Shown in pieces: positions 9,787 through 20,096 of a stretch of DNA of 64,000 nt (position 1 is the stretch's first letter; each line of letters starts with the position of its first letter). Both the position numbers and the translations under genes were made by a program. The DNA is from Candidatus Woesearchaeota archaeon (GTDB taxonomy: Archaea > Nanobdellota > Nanobdellia > Woesearchaeales > UBA583), in NCBI GenBank assembly GCA_965205335.1, contig OZ242164.1, positions 992,001 to 1,056,000 of the forward strand. Direction: 5' to 3'. The notes beneath the pieces are model-generated. The model saw only the letters and a program-made list of their open reading frames with translations, had not been told where the DNA came from and made no database searches.

Positions 9787-10458
9787 ATGGGTCAAGTCAA
9801 AGGTTTACTCCAAAACGAGATGCCACGAGAGAAACTGATTGCCTTTGGACCCAGCAATTTAACAGAGGTTGAACTTTTAGCAATTATCCTAAGAACAGGT
9901 TCTAAGAAATTAGGAGTCATAGAACTTTCAAGAGATATAATACAAACATTTAATGAAGAAACAATTGCAAGACTTGATTATGAAAGTTGGTTGAATTTTG
10001 ATGGAATATCAAGAGTTAAGGCATGTTCAATTGTTGCAATATTTGAACTTTCTAGAAGATTGGCTATTAAATCTGTATCTAAAATGAAGTTAAATAAACC
10101 AGAAGATATATATAATCAGGTTAGAATGGATTTTCACAATCTGGCACATGAGAACCTTATTGCTCTGTTTACGGACTCAAAAAATCAACTTATAAGAAAA
10201 GAATACATATCCAGAGGAGGGTTAAATTATTCAATTGTAGACCCAAGAATACTTCTTAAATGCGCCTTAAAACACAATGCATCAGGCATATTTTTAACTC
10301 ATAATCATCCGAGCAGCGATACAACTCCAAGTTCTGAAGACATTGAGATTACAAAGAAAATACAAAAAGCCTGCAAAACCTTAGATGTAAGATTTCTTGA
10401 CCATCTTATAATCGGCAATAATTCATATCATAGTTTTGCTGATAATGATAATTTATAA
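9787..10458 (+). CDS. radC: RadC-family JAB/MPN domain protein
   Basis: PREKL, ELLAIILRTG, HNHPSSxxxPSxED, LDHLII. Confidence 0.93.
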   Translation: MGQVKGLLQNEMPREKLIAFGPSNLTEVELLAIILRTGSKKLGVIELSRDIIQTFNEETIARLDYESWLNFDGISRVKACSIVAIFELSRRLAIKSVSKMKLNKPEDIYNQVRMDFHNLAHENLIALFTDSKNQLIRKEYISRGGLNYSIVDPRILLKCALKHNASGIFLTHNHPSSDTTPSSEDIEITKKIQKACKTLDVRFLDHLIIGNNSYHSFADNDNL

Positions 10459-10480
10459 AGTTATTAGTATTTTAATTTTT

Positions 10481-11632
10481 ATGAAGATAAAACAAATTCC
10501 TGAGGATTTTATAGTTCATGAAATATATAGTCCTGAAAAGTTTAAAGAAAAAGATGAGAGGGATGAGTTCTTCTATTTTAAATTGACTAAAAAGGATTAC
10601 ACTCAAATAAAAGCAATAGAAAAAATTGCAAAAATATTTAATGTTTCTAAAAAGACAATTCATTTCGCAGGAACTAAGGATAGAAAGGCAATAACTTCTC
10701 AGGTAATTTCAATGCATTATGTAAATGAGGATACTTTAAAGGAAAATCTGAAATTTCTAAATGAAAAAGTAGAGGACTTAGAACTTGAATTTTTGGGGAA
10801 GTTTAAGGGGAGAATTAATCTTGGGGATAATCTTGGAAATAAATTTACAATAACAATTCGGGATTTAGAAAATAGCGATATTGAGAAAGCTAAAAATAAT
10901 CTAAGAGATATTAAAAGAAATGGAGTTTTGAATTATTTTGATTCTCAGAGATTTGGGTATGCGAATAATTCTCATATTATTGGGAAATATATTTTAAGAA
11001 ATGAGATAAATAATGCAGTATTTGAAATTCTAACATCTCTTCCCCAGAATCCAAATCTTGAAAATATAGAGTTTGCAAAATTCATAGATAAGAGTAAACA
11101 AAATATTAAGGAGCAAAATACTGAGATTATAGATAGTGCAATTGAACTTGCACCCAAGTATTTAAGAGATGAAGTGAAAATATTAAATCATTTAAAATCA
11201 GCGAAAAATGATTTTCCCGGAGCTTTTAGAACAATCCACAAGAAACTTAGAACTCTTTACATAAATGCATATCAGTCATATATTTTCAATGAGATTTTAG
11301 ATAAGATTAAAAAAGGGAGAATTAAAACGAACAGAGAAGAAATAAATTTGATAAATAGTGAAACTGTTTATGATGAGGAATTTATGAAAGTGATATGTAA
11401 CATTCTAAAAAGAGATGGTTTGACTCAGGAAAATTTTAAACTACCTCATATGCCAGAACTTATAAGAAACCAAAAGCAAGTGTCAAGAAAGATTGTAGTT
11501 CATCCAAAAAATCTTGAAATAAGCAGGGTAGAGAATGATGATTTAAATGAAGGCAAGAAAAAAATGATTGTGATGTTTGAATTAAGCAGAGGAGAATATG
11601 CAACAAATATAACAAAGCAATTATTCATTTAA
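10481..11632 (+). CDS. truD: tRNA pseudouridine(13) synthase
   Basis: KQIPEDFIV, AGTKDRKAITSQ, NYFDSQRFG, GEYAT; start placed at MKIKQ. Confidence 0.95.
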   Translation: MKIKQIPEDFIVHEIYSPEKFKEKDERDEFFYFKLTKKDYTQIKAIEKIAKIFNVSKKTIHFAGTKDRKAITSQVISMHYVNEDTLKENLKFLNEKVEDLELEFLGKFKGRINLGDNLGNKFTITIRDLENSDIEKAKNNLRDIKRNGVLNYFDSQRFGYANNSHIIGKYILRNEINNAVFEILTSLPQNPNLENIEFAKFIDKSKQNIKEQNTEIIDSAIELAPKYLRDEVKILNHLKSAKNDFPGAFRTIHKKLRTLYINAYQSYIFNEILDKIKKGRIKTNREEINLINSETVYDEEFMKVICNILKRDGLTQENFKLPHMPELIRNQKQVSRKIVVHPKNLEISRVENDDLNEGKKKMIVMFELSRGEYATNITKQLFI

Positions 11633-11992
11633 TACTATTTTAATTTTATCGCCTATTTTAATGTTTTCAAGTTTTCCCGGGTATGCTTCAATAATATATT
11701 TTGCTTTAGCCTTTGGGATGTAGGACATAATCCAAGGTCTTAAAATAACTTTATCAACAACTTTGAATTTAGAACTGATGAAAATGATTTCAAGAGAGCA
11801 AAAACAAAACATCATGGTAACAGCACTTCCATAGCGAACATCTTTTGATGCTGGCATAACCATGCAAACACCCTTAGAGCATCTTTTTTTTCCTGAAAAC
11901 ATTAAGCCCAAAGAGATACTTAGAGTGCCTGTCAGATATTTCATCTCGGAGAGAATTACATTCTTTTTATGGATTAATTTCGCAATCATCAA
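11621..11992 (-). CDS. DUF192 family protein
   Basis: GLMF, MMFCFCSLEIIF, AKYIIE, IKIGD pattern. Confidence 0.75.
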   Translation of the reverse strand: MMIAKLIHKKNVILSEMKYLTGTLSISLGLMFSGKKRCSKGVCMVMPASKDVRYGSAVTMMFCFCSLEIIFISSKFKVVDKVILRPWIMSYIPKAKAKYIIEAYPGKLENIKIGDKIKIVLNE

Positions 11993-12039
11993 AAAGAGTT
12001 ACAGGAAAGATTTATATAAAACTTTCTAAGAATAATTAT

Positions 12040-13431
12040 ATGAAAGAAAATCTTAAAAGTATAGCAAAAGAAATTGTGAACTCAATTCATGATAAGGGTT
12101 TGTATTCTGATTTTAATTATATTAATCAAAAGGAACTAAAAATTGTTATTGATAAGGAAAATACAAGTATAAACAAGGATTGTGACAAAGGAGTTAAAAT
12201 TAGGTTATGGGACGGAGAGAAATTTTTGGAGAGTGCAACAACTTTATTAAGCAAAGAAGGTTTAAAGAGTGTTGCATCTGGCTTAATTGAAAGGTACGAA
12301 ATGTCTAAACATGAAATAAAGAGTCCAAAAAAACTCAAAGTAGATAATGATATTGTTGAAAAGGATTTTGAGAGGAAATTGGAAAAGTCTTTTGAATCTT
12401 TAAGTCTTGAAGAGAAAACAGATAAACTTATGAGGATAAAAGATGATATTTTAAAAATAGATGATGATGTTGTAAATGTTCGGGTAATTATGAGCGAGCA
12501 GACGGAAAATCATATTTTTGTAAGTAATTCCAAAACGCTTTCTCAGAAGATTTCTCTTGGAAAGATTGCAATGGTTGCTTTTGTTAAATGCGAGGATGGG
12601 ACAAATAGGATGGTTTTCAAATCACTTGTTGATGATGATTTAAAGATTTTTGATAAGGCTTATGATTCATTTGAAGAGTTTAGAGAAGATGTTCCCAATA
12701 TGAAGAAAGCCAAGAAATTAAAGGGGGGAAAGTATAAAGTTCTTTTGTCTCCCAAGATTACAGGTCTTCTTGCCCATGAGTCATTTGGGCATGGAATGGA
12801 GGCAGATACTATGATGAAAGAAAGAGCATTGGCATCAGAATGGATAGGTAAAAAGATAGGAGATGATAATATAAATATTGTTGATTGTCCTCAAATTGCA
12901 GGAAAGCATGGAGAGTTTTATTTCGATTATGAGGGAAATATTGCAAAGAAGACATATCTTGTAAAGAATGGAGTGATTAAAGATCCAATGGCAGATTTGT
13001 ATTCTAAGACGGAACTTGATTTGGAGAATTCATTTAATTCAAGGTTTGAGTCGTTTGATCATAAACATTATACACGAATGTCAAATACATATTTTGAACC
13101 AGCAGATGAGTCGTATAAGGATATGCTTAAAGAAATTGATGATGGAATATATGTAAATGGAAGTGCAGGGGGGATGGAAGATCCCAAAGGCTGGGGAGTT
13201 CAGATACAAGGATGCTCCGGGCAGAGAATAAAGAACGGAAAATTGGTTGATGAGTTTTATGATGGTTTTGCATTAACAGGGTTTCTGCCCGATATTATAA
13301 AGAATATCTCAGGAGTTTCAAAGGAATTTGAGATAGAAGGCGGAGGTTTCTGCGGAAAAGGGCATAAGGAATGGGTCCGTGTTTCTGAGGGCGGAGCATA
13401 TTTAAAGATTGATGAAGTAGTTTTAGGGTAA
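12040..13431 (+). CDS. tldD: TldD metalloprotease subunit
   Basis: LAHESFGHGMEAD (HExxGH), DYEG, RMSNTY, CGKG. Confidence 0.93.
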   Translation: MKENLKSIAKEIVNSIHDKGLYSDFNYINQKELKIVIDKENTSINKDCDKGVKIRLWDGEKFLESATTLLSKEGLKSVASGLIERYEMSKHEIKSPKKLKVDNDIVEKDFERKLEKSFESLSLEEKTDKLMRIKDDILKIDDDVVNVRVIMSEQTENHIFVSNSKTLSQKISLGKIAMVAFVKCEDGTNRMVFKSLVDDDLKIFDKAYDSFEEFREDVPNMKKAKKLKGGKYKVLLSPKITGLLAHESFGHGMEADTMMKERALASEWIGKKIGDDNINIVDCPQIAGKHGEFYFDYEGNIAKKTYLVKNGVIKDPMADLYSKTELDLENSFNSRFESFDHKHYTRMSNTYFEPADESYKDMLKEIDDGIYVNGSAGGMEDPKGWGVQIQGCSGQRIKNGKLVDEFYDGFALTGFLPDIIKNISGVSKEFEIEGGGFCGKGHKEWVRVSEGGAYLKIDEVVLG

Positions 13432-13439
13432 GATGTAAA

Positions 13440-14840
13440 ATGAGTCAGATTCAAATTCAGAAAAATAAAAATACCCAGATAAAGGAGTTGTTGCAGAAAG
13501 TGTTAAATGAGAATGAGATTTCTTTCTGGAAGATGAATTCTTACAAGAAAAGAAAAAATAATATTTATATTCAAAAGGATTATAAGATTGAATCAGTACT
13601 TGAATCACAAAGAAATGAGTTTGATATTTCAGTTGCAAAGGATTATGAGGATTGTGTTGGAGAGAGTTCATTTAAAATCTCTCAGAGTGCAGATATTGAA
13701 GATTTTAGAAAGGAACTTTTGGATGCTATATTTATTTGTTCTAAGTCTAAATCACGAAAGTATGATTATATAAAGAAAGAAGACAAGGAGGTAGATGATT
13801 CAGAGATTGATTATGATTCATATTATAGTCAAAAGTTTGTAGATGATTTTGAAACAAAGAATTTAAATCTTTTTTTTGCAGAGAAGTTAGAGATTTTTAA
13901 GGAATTAATAGATAGGAACTGGGATGATGAATTACAGATTAAGTTAAATGCTCTTGAGTTTCATAATAATATTGTTGATGAGAATTTAGAGACTTCAAAT
14001 AGAGTTGTTAAGTCAAATACAAAAACAAATACATATATAGAGTTTGTTTTAACAGCAGTTCATAAGGTTACAAAAAATGAAACTGAGCATATTATTTATA
14101 AGAAAATAAATGATGTTTACAGGTTTGATTTTGAGGAATTTTTTAAGGAAAATATTAGTTTTGCAGTTCATAGCGCTAAGGATAATAGGGCTAAGGATTT
14201 TAGTGGAAAGGTTATATTAACAAAGAAGGCAGTAATGGATTTTTTTAATCCTGATTTGTCAATGAATTCAGTAATTGCTCAGTGTCTTGCAAGATATAAA
14301 TATCACGGGGTTACAAGATTTGAAAAAGGGGATGAAGTGATTAAAGGTAAGTATGATAGATTAACAATTTATTCAAATCCTCTGCGTGTAGATAATAATC
14401 GTTCACATCCTTATGATGATGAAGGATTATGTGCAAGAAAGTTATGTCTGATTAGAGATAATGTTTTGGAGAATTTTGCGGCATCAAATAAATATGGTCA
14501 GTACATAAATGAGAAACCAACAGGACCTTTGGGACCGTTCGAGATAGAAACTGGAAATAAGTCATATAATGAATTGATTAAGGATAAGGATAAGCAGATT
14601 GAGATTGTAACGTTTGCGTCATTTTCACCAGATACAATTTCAGGGGATTTTAGTGCTGAGATTAGATTGGGTTATATAATTGAGAATGGGAAGAGAAAAC
14701 CGTTTAAGGGAGGTTTGTTTACGGGAAATGTTTTCAGGCTTCTTGAGGTGGTTGAGTTATCAAAAGAGAGTATTGATGAGGTTGGTTATATAGGACCTAA
14801 GTCAATTAAGTTCCATAATGGCTCGGTAGTTGGACTGTAG
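13440..14840 (+). CDS. tldE: PmbA/TldE partner subunit
   Basis: PYDDEG, SGDFSAEIRLG; lacks HExxGH; follows tldD. Confidence 0.85.
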   Translation: MSQIQIQKNKNTQIKELLQKVLNENEISFWKMNSYKKRKNNIYIQKDYKIESVLESQRNEFDISVAKDYEDCVGESSFKISQSADIEDFRKELLDAIFICSKSKSRKYDYIKKEDKEVDDSEIDYDSYYSQKFVDDFETKNLNLFFAEKLEIFKELIDRNWDDELQIKLNALEFHNNIVDENLETSNRVVKSNTKTNTYIEFVLTAVHKVTKNETEHIIYKKINDVYRFDFEEFFKENISFAVHSAKDNRAKDFSGKVILTKKAVMDFFNPDLSMNSVIAQCLARYKYHGVTRFEKGDEVIKGKYDRLTIYSNPLRVDNNRSHPYDDEGLCARKLCLIRDNVLENFAASNKYGQYINEKPTGPLGPFEIETGNKSYNELIKDKDKQIEIVTFASFSPDTISGDFSAEIRLGYIIENGKRKPFKGGLFTGNVFRLLEVVELSKESIDEVGYIGPKSIKFHNGSVVGL

Positions 14841-16085
14841 ATGAAAATGGATTCAAAGTTTTTCAAAAGGAACAGAGTGAAATTTGGCAATAAGTTAAAA
14901 AGAAATTCTGTTGCAGTATTTTTTTCAAAAGATGTAATTGTAAAAGGAGATAGTGAGTTTTTTGATTTCCCTGATTCTAATTTGTTTTATTTAACAGGAA
15001 TTAGTCAGGCAAAAACCAAACTTCTTGTTCATAAGAATTCAAAGGGAGAGATTAATAAGTATGTGTTTATTGTGAAAACAAGTAAGTTAATTGAAGTATG
15101 GGAGGGTGCTAAGTTATCAGTTAAAGAAAGTAAGGCAATATCATTGATATGTAATGTGAAGTATTTAGATGAGTATGAAGAGATAGCAGATAAGATATTG
15201 TCAAAAACCAAGAATTTGTATTATTTTAAAAATGAGGAATTGAAGGGTATGGAGAATCCAAGTGAGTATAGTGATTACATAAGAAAGATTAAAAGAAGAT
15301 ACAAGTTAAATGGAATTAATTCGTTTGAGATTATAAGAGATTTAAGGCAGATGAAATCAAAAGAGGAGATAAGTGAGATAAGAACTGCAATGAAAACAAC
15401 AAGTGAGGCGTTTAGATATGTTTTAAGAAATATTAAGTCGTACAAATCCCAGCAGGAAGTTGAGGCAAGTATTAGTTATGTTTATACTAAAAATTTATGT
15501 AAGCATTCTTATCATCCAATTGTTGCATCCGGAAAGTATGCTAATATTTTGCATTATATAAAAAATGATAAAAAGTTTAAGAAAAATGAACTTGTTTTAA
15601 TTGATTCAGGAGCAGAGTTTAATAATTATAAAACAGATATTACAAGAACTTTTCCTATTTCTGGAAGGTTTACAAAAAGACAAAGAGAAGTATATAGAGT
15701 TGTTTTGGATGTTCAAAAAAGAGCAATTAAAATGCTAAAACCTAATCTTTTAAGGATTAATTGGGAGAGAGATGTTGCAAAAATGATTCTTGAAAAGTTA
15801 ATTGAATTGAGTGTTATAACAAGAGAGGAATTTGAAAAAAACAAGGATATATTGAGAAAGTATTATCCACATAGAGCGGGACATTTCTTAGGACTTGACA
15901 CACATGATTTGGGAGATTTTAAAACTCCTTTTCAGGTTGGAGAAGTTTATACAGTTGAACCGGGGATTTATATAAAAGAAGAGGAAATAGGTGTAAGAAT
16001 TGAAGATGATGTTTTAATTACAGAGAATGGGTGTGAGGTTCTCTCAAAAATGATTCCAAAAGAAATAAAAAGCATTGAGGATTAG
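14841..16085 (+). CDS. pepP: Xaa-Pro aminopeptidase (M24B)
   Basis: LIDSGAE, TDITRT, HFLGLDTHD, VEPGIY, GVRIEDD. Confidence 0.93.
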   Translation: MKMDSKFFKRNRVKFGNKLKRNSVAVFFSKDVIVKGDSEFFDFPDSNLFYLTGISQAKTKLLVHKNSKGEINKYVFIVKTSKLIEVWEGAKLSVKESKAISLICNVKYLDEYEEIADKILSKTKNLYYFKNEELKGMENPSEYSDYIRKIKRRYKLNGINSFEIIRDLRQMKSKEEISEIRTAMKTTSEAFRYVLRNIKSYKSQQEVEASISYVYTKNLCKHSYHPIVASGKYANILHYIKNDKKFKKNELVLIDSGAEFNNYKTDITRTFPISGRFTKRQREVYRVVLDVQKRAIKMLKPNLLRINWERDVAKMILEKLIELSVITREEFEKNKDILRKYYPHRAGHFLGLDTHDLGDFKTPFQVGEVYTVEPGIYIKEEEIGVRIEDDVLITENGCEVLSKMIPKEIKSIED

Positions 16086-16098
16086 ATTTTATGTTACG

Positions 16099-16674
16099 AT
16101 GAAAGTTATAAGTAAAGAAGAGATTTTAAGAAATAAGGATTTTTATTTAGAGGAAATAAAGTCTGGAAAGGTATTTATTTATCCAACTGATACTGTTTTA
16201 GGGCTTGGATGTAATGCAAGTAATCATATGCAGGTTGAGAGGATATTTGAGATTAAGAAACGGGACAGTAAGTCTTGTCTTATTGTTGTTCCAAGTATTA
16301 ATTGGATTGAAACGTATTGTGAAACTACAAAGGAAAGTTTGGAATTTGTAAAGGAAAAACTACCTGGTCCTTATTCGTTTGTTCTTAAACTTAAAGATAA
16401 TTCTCTTAATTTGTCAAAAAGAGTTATTGGTAAGGGAAATACAGTAGGTGTTAGAATCACAAAGAACTGGTTTTGGGATTTGATACGAGAGTGCCAGACT
16501 CCATTTGTATCAACTTCTGTTAATATCTCGGGAGAGGAGAGTGCAAAGTCAATTTATGATGTTGATGAATCTATAAAAAGTCAGGTAGATTACGTGGTTA
16601 ATGATAATGATTTTTCAGGAAAGCACTCTTTAATTATTGATTTGACAAAAGAACCACCTGAAATTATAAGATAA
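16099..16674 (+). CDS. tsaC: L-threonylcarbamoyladenylate synthase (TsaC/YrdC)
   Basis: YPTDTVLGLGC, IKKR, PGP, STSVNISG. Confidence 0.92.
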   Translation: MKVISKEEILRNKDFYLEEIKSGKVFIYPTDTVLGLGCNASNHMQVERIFEIKKRDSKSCLIVVPSINWIETYCETTKESLEFVKEKLPGPYSFVLKLKDNSLNLSKRVIGKGNTVGVRITKNWFWDLIRECQTPFVSTSVNISGEESAKSIYDVDESIKSQVDYVVNDNDFSGKHSLIIDLTKEPPEIIR

Positions 16675-16745
16675 TTTTTTATAGAGATTTCAATAAGATG
16701 TAACAGGGAAAAAATTAGAGTTCTAAGAGTTGCCAAATAGAAAGT

Positions 16746-17293
16746 TTATTTTTTTGGTTTCGTTGGCTTCGCAATACAAACATACAATATGATTCCAAGA
16801 AATGTTACAAAATAAATTAAATACTGTATATCAGAGTAATATCCAATATCACCAATTATAAATATCACTAAAAATAATATTAAAGCAACAATTCCAATAG
16901 GATTATTTTTGAAGTCTAAACCAAAATTATTCTCAAAATGAATTTCTATATCAGATCTGTTGTTTGAGTCATTTCTTTTGGATTTGGAAATTTTATCTTT
17001 GTTTTTATATCTCTCTATTCTTCATCATATTCTAAACTTAATCTTTCTGCTGATTTTTCATACGATTTTATCTTAGTGTCTAACTCACTAAGTTCTGAAT
17101 CTGAAATTTCTTTATTCCAAGAATTTCCAATATGATATTTTCTATCTTCTGATTTATTGTTATAATCTGAACCCTTTTCATCTATATTTTCTGTTTTTTT
17201 AATATGGCTTTTCTTCCAAAATGCAAATCCAGATTTTTTTATCGGGCGGCCAAATTCATCATATCTTCTTCCACTTTGTGATTCTCTTACCAT
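16746..17293 (-). pseudogene. Hypothetical membrane protein split by one frameshift near 17016
   Basis: The 92-aa ORF continues in an adjacent frame (IERYKNKDK...PIGIVALILFLVIF...AKPTKPKK-stop at 16746) with two TM segments; may be an assembly indel. Confidence 0.55.
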
Positions 17294-17310
17294 TTAAATA
17301 AAATAAATAA

Positions 17311-19764
17311 TTAAGCATAAGAACTCATATTCAGACTTTCAAGTTCTTTTTTAGGGTTTTTCATTTCTTTTTCAATTTCCTGATAGTGCTTTTGAAGTTC
17401 AATGTTTACAGATGGTTTAACTATTTTCATTGCTTCTTTGAAATCTTCACTGCTTATTTCTTCTGTTTTAATATTACGTCTTAGAGCAATTAGTCCTGCT
17501 TCGCGAACAAGTGATTCTAAGTCTGCTCCAACATATCCTTCTGTTTTTCCTGCAATTTGTTTTATGATTTTGTCCTTATCTTTAATTGGAGTCTTTCTCA
17601 TATGAACTTTTAAGATAGCTTCTCTTGCTTCTAAGTTTGGAATATCAACTAAAACTAATTTATCAAATCTCCCAGGTCTTAATAATGCAGGGTCAATTAG
17701 CCCAGGACGGTTTGTTGCGGCAAGAACTTTTACATTGATTAAGTCCTCAAGTCCATCCATTTCAGTTAGGATTTGATTAACTATTGTATCTGTTGTTTTG
17801 GATTTTTCCCCTCCAAGTCTCATTCCAGCAATTGCATCAAATTCATCAAAGAAGAGAATGCTTGGTGAGTTCTGTCTGGCTTTTTCAAATAATTTTCTAA
17901 TGGATTTTTCTGATTCTCCTACGTATTTGTTAATTATTTCAGGACCTTTTACATAAATGAAATTTGATGATGTTTCTGTGGCAACAGCTTTTGCAAGAAG
18001 AGTTTTTCCAGTTCCAGGGGGTCCGTATAAGAGAATTCCTTTTGGGGATGAAATCCCAAGTCTTGCAAATGCTTCCTGTTTTTTTAACGGCCATTCTATC
18101 ATCTCAGTTAGTTGTTGTTTTAAATCATTAAGTCCTCCAATATCATCCCATTTAACACGAGGGATCTCAACTAAAAACTCACGCATAGCAGAAGGTCTGA
18201 CTAATTTTAACGCTTCTGCAAAGTCTTTCTGAGTAATTTCTAATTTGTTTAAAACATCTTTTGGGATTTCTTCGTCAGATTTTACATTCATATTAGGAAA
18301 ATGTCTTCTTAAAACATTAAATGCGGCTTCTTTAATGAGAGCCTCTAAATCTGCCCCAACGAATCCGTGAGTAATTTTTGAGAATTCTGATAGAGTTCTT
18401 TTAGATTCTTTCTTCATAACTTCTGATACAACTTCATCAGGCATTAGTTTAAGTCCTTCCATCTTATCTTTTTTTAGAGTTTCTTTAATCTTCTGGATAT
18501 CTATTTTCAAATCTTTGTTTTTTTCTTTCTCTTTCTTTATGAAATTATTTAGAGTGGTTTCATATTTCTTGAAATCTCCTGGGAGTTCTAAGGGCATTCC
18601 TCTTGAATGTATTCTTAGTATTTCTAATCTGTCTTCTTCTTTTGGAACTCCTATTTCAAGTTCTCTGTCAAATCTTCCCGGTCTTCTTAGAGCCCCATCT
18701 AATGAATCAGGACGATTTGTTGCGGCGATTACAATGATTTTGTTTGATTTGTTTAGTCCATCCATTAGTGTTAGAAGCTGGGCAACAATTCTCTTTTCAG
18801 TTTCTCCTTGGACTTCTTCTCTTTTTTGGGCGATTGCATCAATTTCATCAATGAATATTACTGATGGGGAATCTTTTTCGGCCTTGTCAAATAATTCTCT
18901 TAGTTTTTTTTCAGATTCACCATAGAATTTGTTTACAACCTCTGGCGCTGATATGGAGTAGAAACTGGCTTCTGTTTCATTTGCTATTGCCCTTGCAAGA
19001 AGAGTTTTTCCTGTCCCAGGGGGTCCGTATAAAAGAATTCCTTTCGGGGGTGAGATCCCAAGTCTTGCAAATATTTCAGGATGTCTTAGTGGAAGTTCAA
19101 CTAATTCTCTGATTTTTTCAAGTTGCGATCTAAGTCCTCCTACGTCTTCATAATTAACACCTGAATCCATTTCACTTTCAGGCTTGTTTGAAATTTCAAT
19201 TACTGTCTGCGGTCCGATTATCAAGAAATTTGCAGGTTTTGTCATTGCTACTTTGAATTTAGCTCCTGATAAACTAAATCCTAAGAAATCTACTTCTATT
19301 GAACTGAATAAGTCTATTGCAAAAGGATTATTTGATGAAAATGAGGTTCTTTTTTCAGTCGGGGATGATGAGATTGTTATAATATCTCCTTGAACTACTG
19401 GTTTTCTTAAAAGTCCTTTTTTTATTGTATTAAGTGTTGTTGGGTGAAGGGCAAAGTCTTGCATTGGGCTTAGAACTACTTTCTGGGCTTCTTTTAACTC
19501 TGGTTTAAATACTTGAATTTGTTCTCCCACAGAGATTTTTGCATTTTTACGAATTATTCCATCCATACGAATTATTTCAAGTCCTAAATCACTTGGGTAT
19601 GCTCTATCAACTATTGCAAGTGTTTCTCTTTCCCCTTTGATTCCTATGACTTCACCAACAGACATTCCCAAGTTTCTTAGAATTGCACTATCTACTCTAA
19701 CAATACCTCGGTTTACATCATCTTGATGCGCCTCTGCAACTTTTAACTTTATTTTCACAGACAT
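17311..19764 (-). CDS. cdc48: CDC48/VCP AAA+ ATPase
   Basis: N-domain plus two AAA modules (GPPGTGKT twice, IDEID/FDEFD, RPGRFD twice); about 60-aa charged insert in D1. Confidence 0.97.
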   Translation of the reverse strand: MSVKIKLKVAEAHQDDVNRGIVRVDSAILRNLGMSVGEVIGIKGERETLAIVDRAYPSDLGLEIIRMDGIIRKNAKISVGEQIQVFKPELKEAQKVVLSPMQDFALHPTTLNTIKKGLLRKPVVQGDIITISSSPTEKRTSFSSNNPFAIDLFSSIEVDFLGFSLSGAKFKVAMTKPANFLIIGPQTVIEISNKPESEMDSGVNYEDVGGLRSQLEKIRELVELPLRHPEIFARLGISPPKGILLYGPPGTGKTLLARAIANETEASFYSISAPEVVNKFYGESEKKLRELFDKAEKDSPSVIFIDEIDAIAQKREEVQGETEKRIVAQLLTLMDGLNKSNKIIVIAATNRPDSLDGALRRPGRFDRELEIGVPKEEDRLEILRIHSRGMPLELPGDFKKYETTLNNFIKKEKEKNKDLKIDIQKIKETLKKDKMEGLKLMPDEVVSEVMKKESKRTLSEFSKITHGFVGADLEALIKEAAFNVLRRHFPNMNVKSDEEIPKDVLNKLEITQKDFAEALKLVRPSAMREFLVEIPRVKWDDIGGLNDLKQQLTEMIEWPLKKQEAFARLGISSPKGILLYGPPGTGKTLLAKAVATETSSNFIYVKGPEIINKYVGESEKSIRKLFEKARQNSPSILFFDEFDAIAGMRLGGEKSKTTDTIVNQILTEMDGLEDLINVKVLAATNRPGLIDPALLRPGRFDKLVLVDIPNLEAREAILKVHMRKTPIKDKDKIIKQIAGKTEGYVGADLESLVREAGLIALRRNIKTEEISSEDFKEAMKIVKPSVNIELQKHYQEIEKEMKNPKKELESLNMSSYA

Positions 19765-20096
19765 AATATTTGTTTTAGTAATCTTTGAGTTTATAAGTCT
19801 TATGTGTAAAAAGAATAAATAACATTCTATTTCTAATTTTTTAATTTAGAACACTAATTTTTTGATGCATAGGATATGAGTATTAGTTAATGGAAGATTT
19901 GCTTGAAAGTATAAAAGTTATTTGTTTTAATTGTGATTGTACTTCTGATAGAAAGATAATTCATAAGAGAACATTGTCTGATATTAAGAGTTATGTATGC
20001 AAATTATTTTCATAAGTTTTCCCAACATATATAAATAATTACTAAACTTATAAGTAGTAAATTTTATATATTAACTTCAATTTCCTATTTTATAAA

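Noticed and set aside
18400-18600. Intein in the CDC48 insertion
   Set aside because: The insert is short, charged and helical, with no intein terminal or LAGLIDADG motifs
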